Below, in pieces: positions 35,461-43,805 of a stretch of 64,000 nucleotides of DNA; within the stretch, counting starts at the first letter, position 1; the number at the start of each line of letters is the position of its first letter. Origin of the DNA: Candidatus Peribacteraceae bacterium. GTDB taxonomy: Bacteria > Patescibacteriota > Gracilibacteria > Peribacterales > Peribacteraceae. Made by a program: the position numbers and the translations under genes. The notes below the pieces were generated by a model. It ran no database searches, was not told the DNA's origin, and saw only the letters and a list, made by a program, of their open reading frames with translations. The DNA is taken from NCBI GenBank assembly GCA_030750465.1, contig JASMHZ010000002.1:1948-65947 (forward strand). The letters are read 5' to 3'.

Positions 35461-36327
35461 ATGTCTGACGAAAGCAATGTACCCGATAATGCAATATTGC
35501 ATGCACCAGAATTCCTGCTCCAAATGGATGAAAGGCATCGTGTTATGTTTATGGGATTTTTAAACCAGCAAACAATTTATGAATTATTAAAAGGAAACGA
35601 CGGTCAATCAAACTCGTTGTATGCGTCTATCTGTTGCGATGATGACTATATATCATGTCAACCAAATGAATCAGTATCCCGTCTAGGTATACGTACTTAT
35701 AAACCGAATGCAAAGATTGTCTGGCAAGCATTGCGAAATTTGTTAAATGAATGTTGTATTCATGTTGAATTGCCTCGGTATGAAGAAGACCAGCTTACTG
35801 ATGCTGATGATGCACTTGAGAATAGTAGCCCTGAATACCTTAGTCATATTAACCATGCAATTATTGCAAGACGGTTACAAGATGCTTTAGAAGAAGCAAA
35901 TGGTAATGGAACACAGATATTGTCTGACATGCTTAATAGGCAGAGAGAAAGAGTAAGAAAGATTATGAAAACGTTTGGCTCCGATAGAGATCCCCTTGGT
36001 GAAGAAATTCTTGATCTACTCACAATACAACCAGACGAAGTTATTAATCATGAAGGAGGCTGGTTTAACAGTTACAGAGTCGATTCTATTGTGCTTGCAG
36101 ACAACCATGTGCCATCAAGTGTGATAAAACATTACTTTGATCACTACGACCTAGATAAAGAGGACGATATGCAATTCAAGAGGTACAGAGTGCTTCGAGT
36201 AACAGTATATCCGGCGGCATCACAAGAAGATCACTTCTATCGTTGGTATGACTTTATGGATGGTACATTTATTTCTCAATCACTAGAAAGTGACACGTTC
36301 ACAATAGAGGAACAAAGAGGCTCCTGA
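35461..36327 (+). CDS. hypothetical protein
   Basis: 288-aa ORF, cytoplasmic-looking, Cys-containing N-terminal half. No family recognised. Confidence 0.5.
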   Translation: MSDESNVPDNAILHAPEFLLQMDERHRVMFMGFLNQQTIYELLKGNDGQSNSLYASICCDDDYISCQPNESVSRLGIRTYKPNAKIVWQALRNLLNECCIHVELPRYEEDQLTDADDALENSSPEYLSHINHAIIARRLQDALEEANGNGTQILSDMLNRQRERVRKIMKTFGSDRDPLGEEILDLLTIQPDEVINHEGGWFNSYRVDSIVLADNHVPSSVIKHYFDHYDLDKEDDMQFKRYRVLRVTVYPAASQEDHFYRWYDFMDGTFISQSLESDTFTIEEQRGS

Positions 36328-36422
36328 GCAATTAGATAGGAAAGAGAATGGCTTGTCACGCGAAGCACAACGTAATTACTTCTTCGCAAAGCTTCGCGGG
36401 GCACACTTCGCTGTGCGAAGTG

Positions 36423-36500
36423 TGGTGGGCGATACAGGGGTCGAACCTGTGACCTTCTGGGTGTAAACCAGACGCTCTAGACCAACTGAGCTAATCGCCC
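36423..36500 (-). tRNA. tRNA-Val (anticodon TAC), CCA encoded
   Basis: Acceptor stem GGGCGAT/ATCGCCC, anticodon stem TCTGG/CCAGA, loop TTTACAC. Confidence 0.93.
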
Positions 36501-36704
36501 ATACACGTGTATTGTATCAGAATAGCATCAAAATCTTAGTAACAAAGTAGAAGAACCCAAAATGCAAGATGCCAAGAGGACAAGGAAAAACCAAAATTAT
36601 AATAAATTAAGGCTTGTTATATTGAATAATGTTTTTGAGATTTCCTTGAATTCTTGAGGCCTTGACATTTCTTATTTTGTAGCCAAATTGTAAGGTAAAC
36701 ATAC

Positions 36705-36733
36705 TTGACAAATTTGTATCTCACTATTATAGT
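36705..36733 (+). promoter_or_regulatory. sigma-70-type promoter TTGACA-N17-TATAGT
   Basis: Consensus -35 and a near-consensus -10, 33 nt upstream of the ATG at 36766. Confidence 0.6.
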
Positions 36734-36765
36734 CACAACCTTTTGTTTATCCCAAATCTGTAGAT

Positions 36766-38550
36766 ATGCTTAGAATCGCTAAAAGGACCCGCATATTGGC
36801 AAGTATCGGAGTCCTCACATTGGCCTTAACAGCAGTGCACAGCATTGTCGTCCAAAATGCATTTGAGGGCGTATCTGCGGTTATTTTTCCAGAATGCTCA
36901 GATGGGATAGATAACGACGTAGATGGCATAATTGACTATCCATTGGACCATGACTGTGATTCTCCTAATGACTTGCAGGAAGGTACTACGGACAGAGATC
37001 TATATATGACGATATCTGACGGATTGGATGATATTAATTCTGAAGATAATGCGACATATACAATTGGACTAAGGACCGATAGCAATCAGCCAGAGCTTGT
37101 AACAGTCCGTTTTTATAAGCCACAATTTTCTACTGTAACTACTGCGAGTGAGAATGGAAGGATTGCAGGAAATACAGTGATATGGAAAGACACAGTTATC
37201 CACCCGGGATACGTAAAAGAACTTTTCGTAAACATACATTTGAATAGTGATGCACGAGAAGGGGATTTGATTATTGCTGAAGCATATGCGGGAGACATCC
37301 GAGTAACCGATACAACTCGCGTACACGATGGAAATGAGATGCGAGTTCCAATGGAAATTTTTGTAGATGATGGAAAGATTTATGCAGAGCCGGATGAGGT
37401 GCTTACGTATCAGGTTTTGGTAAAGAACACTTTCGGCGAAGACCGCGAGTTTACACTCAGGACACAGCTTCCTCCTCCGCTCCATTTCATAGGTGCTTCC
37501 GGAGAATATAAAAGGACAAATAGGTCAGTTGAATGGGAGGATCAATTCCTTCCTGCAGGTGGTGAAGCATTGTATGAACTTAAAGCTCAAATTGATCGTG
37601 AAACAACAGAGTTTGGAACGTTGCGTGTTCGCTTTGCAGTAGAGGCAGCATTTGGAACAGATACAACTACAATCCTTTACGAAGAGCTTCCTCCAGCAAC
37701 AATTGACGTAGGAATGACTGATGGATACAGCGAGGCCAAAGTTGGAGAATTGCTAACGTATGCCATAAATATAAAGAACAATCAGACAAAACTCGTTCAG
37801 GGTGTGGATGTAAAAGGCGCAATCCCTATGTACACTGAATTTGTCGACGCTTCCGAAGGTGGTTACTGGAATGGACAGGATATCTTCTGGAAAGGAGTAA
37901 CGATCAGTCCTCATGGATCCAGAATTCTTCTATTAACAGTAAGAGTAAGACGTGATGCTCCTCTTGGAGCAATTATGAGGGGGAGCGTAAGTGTTGAAGG
38001 CCGCGAGGCTGTGGATCAAACAGTCGTATCTGAAAGGAATGTTAAGAGTGGACAGACTGTCGAAAGGCCTAAGGATACTAACACACTGCTGAGAAAAATC
38101 GCAGATAGGCATGAAGTTCGTCCGGGCGACACTGTAAGGTATTCAATTTACTTGAAGAATACTTACGGTCATCCAATCCGTAATGTGAGAATTGAAGATA
38201 GAATCGATTCGCAATTCAGCGCGATTGTTGATGCTCAGCAAGGAGTAATGGAAGGTGATCGAATTGTGTGGAATGTCCCTGTTCTAAATCCAGGAGAAGG
38301 ATGGGAAGTACATTACACTGTTAGAGTTTTTCCAAATGTTCCACACGGAATGGAGATTGCAAATATCGTCTCTGTTAATGGGGAAGGCCTAGAATCCATT
38401 TCTCTATCTGAAAGGGTAAGAGTAGGTTCAGTTGGAGTAGTAACTAAAATGCCTAAAAGCGGAGCCCCCTTGGATGTCATCTTTGCTAGTTTAATGGCTG
38501 TACTGGGTGGTGTGCCTACGATACTAATTAGACGTAGATATATAATCTAA
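36766..38550 (+). CDS. secreted DUF11/CARDB-like repeat surface protein with a C-terminal sortase-type sorting signal
   Basis: Signal/TM helix at the N-terminus and the motif ECSDGIDNDVDGIIDYPLDHDCD. Repeated DUF11-like beta modules (GDTVRYSIYLKNT..., GELLTYAINIKNN...). Tail KMPKSGA plus a hydrophobic helix plus RRRYII. Confidence 0.7.
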   Translation: MLRIAKRTRILASIGVLTLALTAVHSIVVQNAFEGVSAVIFPECSDGIDNDVDGIIDYPLDHDCDSPNDLQEGTTDRDLYMTISDGLDDINSEDNATYTIGLRTDSNQPELVTVRFYKPQFSTVTTASENGRIAGNTVIWKDTVIHPGYVKELFVNIHLNSDAREGDLIIAEAYAGDIRVTDTTRVHDGNEMRVPMEIFVDDGKIYAEPDEVLTYQVLVKNTFGEDREFTLRTQLPPPLHFIGASGEYKRTNRSVEWEDQFLPAGGEALYELKAQIDRETTEFGTLRVRFAVEAAFGTDTTTILYEELPPATIDVGMTDGYSEAKVGELLTYAINIKNNQTKLVQGVDVKGAIPMYTEFVDASEGGYWNGQDIFWKGVTISPHGSRILLLTVRVRRDAPLGAIMRGSVSVEGREAVDQTVVSERNVKSGQTVERPKDTNTLLRKIADRHEVRPGDTVRYSIYLKNTYGHPIRNVRIEDRIDSQFSAIVDAQQGVMEGDRIVWNVPVLNPGEGWEVHYTVRVFPNVPHGMEIANIVSVNGEGLESISLSERVRVGSVGVVTKMPKSGAPLDVIFASLMAVLGGVPTILIRRRYII

Positions 38551-38577
38551 AAATGTCCATTAATTGTTATTTTAGCT

Positions 38578-38734
38578 ACCAAACACGCCCTAAAGGGCTT
38601 TTAACACGCTCATCCGCCCGAGGAGGCGGATTCGCTTTCAACAATCAACAATGACAAATGTGGAGAGCGAAGAAGCGTGCCTGCCGCGCCGTAGCCCGCA
38701 GGCGAAGGATGGTTGATTGTTGATTGTCGATTTG
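38578..38734. repeat. CAATCAACA-scaffold composite hairpin element, copy 4
   Basis: AACACG-CCC TAAA GGG-CTTTTAACACG-...ATCCGCC/GGCGGAT...-CTTTCAACAATCAACAAT, and at the far end an inverted GGTTGATTGTTGATTGTCGAT. Confidence 0.7.
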
Positions 38735-38750
38735 TTACCATTCCAGAGTT

Positions 38751-39020
38751 ATGACGGATACGAAAACCACGGAACTACCTGGATACGAGTTTCTTAAGTA
38801 TATCCTGGAGAACATAGTCGAGGACAAAGAAGCCCTCTCCATAGACGCAAGGAAGGATGATTTGGGTATTTTGCTTACTGTTAAGGTAGGAGAGAATGAT
38901 ATGGGTAAGCTAATTGGCAAAAGCGGTCAAACGATAAAAGCCCTGCGTACCTTGCTTCGTATAGTAGGAGGAGGGGATAATCGCATTAACTTAAAAGTTA
39001 TCGAGCCTGGAGAGGCTTAA
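38751..39020 (+). CDS. KH-domain RNA-binding protein (YlqC/UPF0109 family)
   Basis: LLTVKVGENDMGKLIGKSGQTIKALRTLL contains the GxxG KH signature. The ORF-track start at 38724 lies inside the repeat element. Confidence 0.8.
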   Translation: MTDTKTTELPGYEFLKYILENIVEDKEALSIDARKDDLGILLTVKVGENDMGKLIGKSGQTIKALRTLLRIVGGGDNRINLKVIEPGEA

Positions 39021-39045
39021 TTACACTCTTTTTCCCCATTATCTA

Positions 39046-39363
39046 ATGATAAGAGATCTACTGGAAAACGCATCCATAATCGAGATCGTTGCTACGTTTG
39101 TAGCCCTGGCATTAATTGCTGCAACTATCCTTTGTTTGGTTTACATAATTGTTGGAGGCATAACTTTCATTCTCTCTGCGGGGAATGAAGAAAAAATTAA
39201 GAAGGCAGTACATACAATAAGGTTCGCAATCATAGGACTTTTTGTATCTTTCATTGCGTTCTTCATAGTTAAATTCATGGCAGTACTTCTGGATATTCCA
39301 TTTGATCTATCATTTAGCTTAATTATAGATCTCGTGGGCGATATCTTTAGTGCGCTTGAATAG
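39046..39363 (+). CDS. small two-TM protein, T4SS-pilin-like (TrbC/VirB2-like) family common in CPR
   Basis: LVYIIVGGITFILSAGNEEKIKKAVHTIRFAIIGLFVSF fits the GG..(Y/F)I.SAG....K.A...I..AIIGL pattern of that family. Confidence 0.5.
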   Translation: MIRDLLENASIIEIVATFVALALIAATILCLVYIIVGGITFILSAGNEEKIKKAVHTIRFAIIGLFVSFIAFFIVKFMAVLLDIPFDLSFSLIIDLVGDIFSALE

Positions 39364-39514
39364 TCTGAACCATGATTAATCCATTATTTACATAAATGAG
39401 AGCAGGTCTTCCCTGTGGTGAGCTTGTCGAATCCAGACCTGCGATGTATTGACATGTTATAATCGCACGTCGAAGACGTGCTCTTCGTGTAGGTAAAAAT
39501 CACAAGGTTCAGAC
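39363..39514. mobile_element. MITE-like element, copy 2 (152 bp), filling the gap between two stop codons
   Basis: TIRs GTCTGAACCATG and CAAGGTTCAGAC, with the same internal hairpins as copy 1. The first base is the G of TAG (39361-39363). The last 6 nt are the Val codon and TGA of rpsP. Confidence 0.75.
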
Positions 39515-39994
39515 ATCTGATTCTTCTTTCTTAGCTTCTTCTTCAGCTGGCTTTTCTGCTGGAGCTTCTTCGTTGGCTGGGGCTGGTTCTTCTGAAGCTT
39601 CAACAGGCTTTTCATTTGGTTTATCTTCAGCTGGAGCTGGTTCATCGCCACCACTTAAATCTTCGACCTTCTCGGCCGGGGCCTCTGCAGGAGTTTCTTC
39701 TTCAGTCTCCTTCTTCTTTTTCTGCTTTGTGTACCTGAGGATATATTGATCCATCCCATCCATTCCATCTTTCTTAAGAATTCTTGCAAGTGTATCGCTT
39801 GGTTTAGCTCCCTTTTCCATCCAATATTTAATTCGGTCTTGCTTTAATACCAAATGAACAGGATCTCTTTGTGGAATGTAATTACCAACAGTTTCGAGCG
39901 ACTTCTTTTTTACAGGATCGGATTTCTCGGCCACTACAACCTTGTAAGTGGCTTCTTTATTTTTGCCTGTGCGCTGGAGTCGGAGTACTAGCAT
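39509..39994 (-). CDS. rpsP: 30S ribosomal protein S16 with an ~80-aa E/P/A/K-rich C-terminal extension
   Basis: MLVLRLQRTGKNKEATYKVVVAEKSDP...GAKPSDTL is the bS16 core. The remainder is low complexity. Confidence 0.9.
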   Translation of the reverse strand: MLVLRLQRTGKNKEATYKVVVAEKSDPVKKKSLETVGNYIPQRDPVHLVLKQDRIKYWMEKGAKPSDTLARILKKDGMDGMDQYILRYTKQKKKKETEEETPAEAPAEKVEDLSGGDEPAPAEDKPNEKPVEASEEPAPANEEAPAEKPAEEEAKKEESDV

Positions 39995-40057
39995 TTATAA
40001 AGTTCCGAATGAGTCTATGGAACCTGAAGCTCGCGTGCAAGCCATTAAAGGCTTATT

Positions 40058-40345
40058 TTATTGAGATCTTATAATTCTAATTTCCAAAATATTGTGGCCC
40101 TTTTCCGATAAATGCTCTTTGAGCTCAAGTAGAACTTGGTTCAATTCCTGAGCACATACTGAATTTTCTGCATTAATAAGCAATATTCCATCCTTAAAAG
40201 ACTTAGCAATCAGTTGGTCTTGGTAGCCTTCAAGCTCGGTTATTATCCATTCCTGAGTGTGCAGAATTACATGGGAGGCCTTTGCATGGTCTTGTAATCC
40301 ACGTTTTTTTAGGACCTTTGGGAGAAGTTCTTTTATGTGATACAT
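40058..40345 (-). CDS. DUF721/DciA-like protein
   Basis: The pattern LKKRGL...HTQEWI...AKSFKDGILLINAENSVCAQELN is typical of DUF721. The ORF-track extension to 40462 runs through the palindrome element. Confidence 0.55.
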   Translation of the reverse strand: MYHIKELLPKVLKKRGLQDHAKASHVILHTQEWIITELEGYQDQLIAKSFKDGILLINAENSVCAQELNQVLLELKEHLSEKGHNILEIRIIRSQ

Positions 40346-40409
40346 AGTTTGATGGTAGCAGATGGTCTTTGAGTTAGGTATTGTCCCATTAATGCACCCT
40401 CCCCCCTGG

Positions 40410-40429
40410 CCTGCCTGCCGGTAGGCAGG
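40410..40429. repeat. 20-bp palindrome copy 3 (one mismatch), within a larger ATTAATG-flanked inverted repeat (~40386-40470)
   Basis: CCTGCCTGCCGGTAGGCAGG. The flanks are attaatgcaccctcccc and gggcgggatgccattaat. Confidence 0.75.
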
Positions 40430-40579
40430 GGTGGGTATAGAACTGGGTGGGCGGGATGCCATTAATATGTGTCAGTGCTGAAATCTCGTCAATACCATCT
40501 CAAAAAAATCTTGAATGCACTTCAAGTTTTCCCTTTGAACTAGGGATCTTTCCAGTTTCGCTCTTAAGCGGAACAGCAT

Positions 40580-41602
40580 CTATCCAACTTGGTCTAAAGA
40601 TTTCATAAGTACATTCAGAGTCTTATCGGCCGTGTCTGACCACTTTGGACTTAGGTAGTTAACTGGAGGGCCCGGGGGACTCTTCATAGCGCTAATGAAT
40701 TGCTCAATATTCGGTTCAATCAATTTGGCCTCATCCCCGGCAACTTCCGGAATGGCCCCCTGATTACTTGCGATCACAGGACATCCGCAAGCCTGAGCTT
40801 CGGTGACCGGCAAGCAATATCCTTCATAAAGCGAAGCTGTAACGAATGCTTTTGCAGATGAGTAGAGTGCAGGAAGTTCTTCATCATTAATTTCTGAAAT
40901 TAATCTGACTCGGTTATTGATCTTAAGTCTTTTGGATTCCGTTCCTCCACATACTAAAACCAGAGAAGGGGAGTCATCCGGTAGTTGTTTATGTGCATCG
41001 ATCAGAGTTTGTACATTCTTATGCTCTTTTGCATTTCCAACATAAAGGAAAAACTCATCATTCTGCTCAACTTCTGATCTTGGATAGAAGTTATCCGAAA
41101 CTCCTTCATAAATAACTGATGTTTTATTCTTAATTTTGTTTCTACCGTAAGTTTGCGCAATGTCATTTAGAACAAAGTTACTGATTGTGATTATATGCTT
41201 AGATTTTCTAACTGCTCGTGACATAAGTAATTTGTAAGCAAATCTTTTAAGTACTGATGATTGATTGGGATATCTATGAAGAATCAGATCATGGATTGTA
41301 ATTACATATGGAATAGGGCAGAAGAAAGGTACGTTGAAGTGCGGGGAGAATAAAAGATCAGCCTTAATACTTTTAAGTAATTTAGGAAGTCTCCTCTGCT
41401 CAGATAATGAATAATGATCGAAAGGTGCATGAATTAGCTCAGCTCGATTGGGCCAAGTTTCAGAGACTGATTTTACAAGTAGCTTCCAATTGCATTCATT
41501 GGACTTTATGAGTTCAGAAACCAGCTCACGCGTATAACGTCCAATTCCCGAATTGGTTGAAGCAAACCTGCAATCGATTGCTATTGTTTTCACAATTGGC
41601 AT
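40580..41602 (-). CDS. glycosyltransferase family 1 (GT4-type)
   Basis: GT-B C-terminal block LPALYSSAKAFVTASLYEGYCLPVTEAQACGCPVIASN. The ATG at 41602 avoids a 5' overlap with the divergent prmC. Confidence 0.85.
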   Translation of the reverse strand: MPIVKTIAIDCRFASTNSGIGRYTRELVSELIKSNECNWKLLVKSVSETWPNRAELIHAPFDHYSLSEQRRLPKLLKSIKADLLFSPHFNVPFFCPIPYVITIHDLILHRYPNQSSVLKRFAYKLLMSRAVRKSKHIITISNFVLNDIAQTYGRNKIKNKTSVIYEGVSDNFYPRSEVEQNDEFFLYVGNAKEHKNVQTLIDAHKQLPDDSPSLVLVCGGTESKRLKINNRVRLISEINDEELPALYSSAKAFVTASLYEGYCLPVTEAQACGCPVIASNQGAIPEVAGDEAKLIEPNIEQFISAMKSPPGPPVNYLSPKWSDTADKTLNVLMKSLDQVG

Positions 41603-41611
41603 TATAGGGAT

Positions 41612-42403
41612 ATGAAGGTTGCCGAGATACTCACAAAGCATAAATTGCCGTCATTGGAAAATGAGCTTGTTGTGGGCCATATATTGCATAAACGACGCGA
41701 ATGGGTTATTGCAAATCCAAAATATAAGGTATCAGATGATCAATCTGATCAGATAAGTGAGCTAATTAAAAGAAGAACCTCCGGAGAGCCATTGGCATAC
41801 ATTATTGGAAAGAAAGAGTTTTATGGTCGTGAGTTTGAAGTAAATCCTTCGGTTCTTATTCCACGCCCATCAACCGAGACTCTAATTGAACTTACATTGG
41901 AGTATGTGAAGAATCCTCATGATGAAGTTCGACAAGCCGATAGGGGAGTGGTATGTTTTTCCAAAGTACTCAGAGAAGACTTTGACCCCAAGACCATTGT
42001 GGATATCGGAACTGGTAGTGGATGTATAGCTATTACACTTGCATTAGAGAATCCTGATCTGAGTATAATTGCCATTGATATAAGTAAGGATGCATTGGAA
42101 GTTGCAAAACAGAATTCGGAGTCACATAACGCTCAAGTGGAGTTTAGAAAAGGCAACTTGATGGAGCCGCTGAATGATGTATCAGAGCCGTTTATTCTGG
42201 TCAGCAATCCACCTTATATTCCGGATTCCGAGGAATTGATGAAAGATGTAAAAGATTATGAACCAAGTTATGCTTTATTTGGTGGAGAGGATGGAATGGA
42301 TGTTCTAAATGAGCTAATGAGGCAAGCTAAGGTCAATCCTTTGTGCACTGGAGTTGTTATTGAATGCAGAGAAAAACATGCGAATTTATTTGTTACTGAC
42401 TAA
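41612..42403 (+). CDS. prmC: release-factor glutamine methyltransferase PrmC (HemK)
   Basis: PLAYIIGKKEFYG, VLIPRPSTE, the SAM motif VDIGTGSGCI, and the catalytic NPPY. Confidence 0.9.
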   Translation: MKVAEILTKHKLPSLENELVVGHILHKRREWVIANPKYKVSDDQSDQISELIKRRTSGEPLAYIIGKKEFYGREFEVNPSVLIPRPSTETLIELTLEYVKNPHDEVRQADRGVVCFSKVLREDFDPKTIVDIGTGSGCIAITLALENPDLSIIAIDISKDALEVAKQNSESHNAQVEFRKGNLMEPLNDVSEPFILVSNPPYIPDSEELMKDVKDYEPSYALFGGEDGMDVLNELMRQAKVNPLCTGVVIECREKHANLFVTD

Positions 42404-42433
42404 ATAATTTGATAATGTCTATTTGTGACTGAC

Positions 42434-43648
42434 ATGACTTCATCCTTCGGAAACGTCTGCGCAATTATAGGCGCTCAGTGGGGGGATGAGGGGAAGGGAA
42501 AGGTAGTCGACATTGTAGCCCAGCACTACGATGTTATTGCACGTGCTTGCGGGGGCGCGAATGCGGGCCACACGATTGTAATTGACGGTGTTCAGCATAT
42601 ATTCCACTTACTTCCATCTGGATGCTTTCATGAAGGTAAACCAATTATTTTGGGTGCAGGGATGGTTTTGCATTTACCAACGCTTTTGGAGGAGATCGAG
42701 GAAATGAAGAAGGCAGGATTTGATGTTCTGCCAAGACTTTATATTTCGTCCGAAGCTCATATTCTTTTTGAATATCACAAAAAGCTAGATGGAGTATTCG
42801 AGGAAGCTAGAGCAAAAAAGAAAGGGAAGGGGATTGGAACTACGATGCGCGGAATAGGTCCTGCATATCAAGATAAGGCTGCAAGGACGGGCATCAGAAT
42901 GGAATCACTCGATGCAGATCTTACATCAGAGTTAAAAGAAAGAGCTGAGAGCATTAAAGAACAATTTGGTTTGGACATCGATATAAATATTGAATTGAAG
43001 AATTTAGAAGATGCGAGGAGTGTTCTAAAAGGATGTGTAACTGATACGGTTTCACTTATTCATGAGTATTTGGAGGATGGTAAAAGCATTCTGATTGAGG
43101 GAGCTCAGGGAGCGTTGTTGGATTTGGATCACGGTTCATACCCATATGTAACAAGCAGTTCAACCACAATTTCCGGTGCATTACAGGGACTGGGACTTCC
43201 TCCAAAGGTGCTTAAGTCCTGTATTGGTATCGCCAAGGCGTATTGCACCCGTGTGGGAGAAGGTGAGTTCTCATCAGAGGCTAGTGAAGACGATGGCAAC
43301 AGAATCAGAGAAAGAGGAGGCGAATACGGCGCAACAACAGGAAGGCCCAGAAGGTGCGGGTGGTTAAGCGTTCCTGATTTGCTAAAAGTGGTAAGGCTAA
43401 ATGGATACACTCACTGGAATATTACAAAACTGGATGTCCTAGATGAGGAAGATCAAATTCCGGTAATGATGTCAGATGGATACCAGAATCTGCCTGGCTG
43501 GAAAGCATCTACAAAAGGACTTACATCGTTTGATGAACTTCCCGAAAATGCAAAGAAATATATTCAGTTCATCGAAGAACAAACAGGAGTTCCTGTTGCT
43601 TTTATTGGAACCGGGCCGGAGAGAGAGGAGATGATTATGAAAGAATGA
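42434..43648 (+). CDS. purA: adenylosuccinate synthetase
   Basis: GAQWGDEGKGK P-loop, GTTMRGIGPAY and GATTGRPRRCGW. The ORF track lists a GTG at 42425. Confidence 0.95.
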   Translation: MTSSFGNVCAIIGAQWGDEGKGKVVDIVAQHYDVIARACGGANAGHTIVIDGVQHIFHLLPSGCFHEGKPIILGAGMVLHLPTLLEEIEEMKKAGFDVLPRLYISSEAHILFEYHKKLDGVFEEARAKKKGKGIGTTMRGIGPAYQDKAARTGIRMESLDADLTSELKERAESIKEQFGLDIDINIELKNLEDARSVLKGCVTDTVSLIHEYLEDGKSILIEGAQGALLDLDHGSYPYVTSSSTTISGALQGLGLPPKVLKSCIGIAKAYCTRVGEGEFSSEASEDDGNRIRERGGEYGATTGRPRRCGWLSVPDLLKVVRLNGYTHWNITKLDVLDEEDQIPVMMSDGYQNLPGWKASTKGLTSFDELPENAKKYIQFIEEQTGVPVAFIGTGPEREEMIMKE

Positions 43649-43805
43649 ATAAAAGAAGGAAAGAACTAAAGAAAGAAAGGAAGATTAAAAAGAGGAAAAG
43701 AATTGAAGAAAGAAGGAAAGAATGAAAGCTTTTTTCTTTAATAATCTTTTTCCTTAAATCTTTTATCTTTCTTTTTCTCTTTTATTCTTTCTATCTTTCA
43801 TTCTT
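43649..43805. repeat. purine-arm/pyrimidine-arm hairpin element R1
   Basis: An A/G-only arm, centre AAAGCTTTT, then a T/C-only arm. 43708-43789 is the exact reverse complement of 49029-49110. It lies between convergent stop codons. Confidence 0.8.

Noticed and set aside
36328-36422. Hairpins (CGCGAAGC...GCTTCGCG and CACTTCGC-TGT-GCGAAGTG) downstream of tRNA-Val, considered as a novel RNA.
   Set aside because: They are short, simple stem-loops placed where the terminators for the convergent 35461-36327 gene and tRNA-Val are expected. Nothing points beyond termination.
11343-38734. I asked whether the CAATCAACA elements, with conserved ends and variable self-pairing cores, could be integron attC sites delimiting cassettes.
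   Set aside because: - The flank words only loosely resemble the RYYYAAC/GTTRRRY cores.
- There is no intI integrase or attI site.
- The supposed cassettes are essential or large genes on both strands, and often several genes lie between elements.
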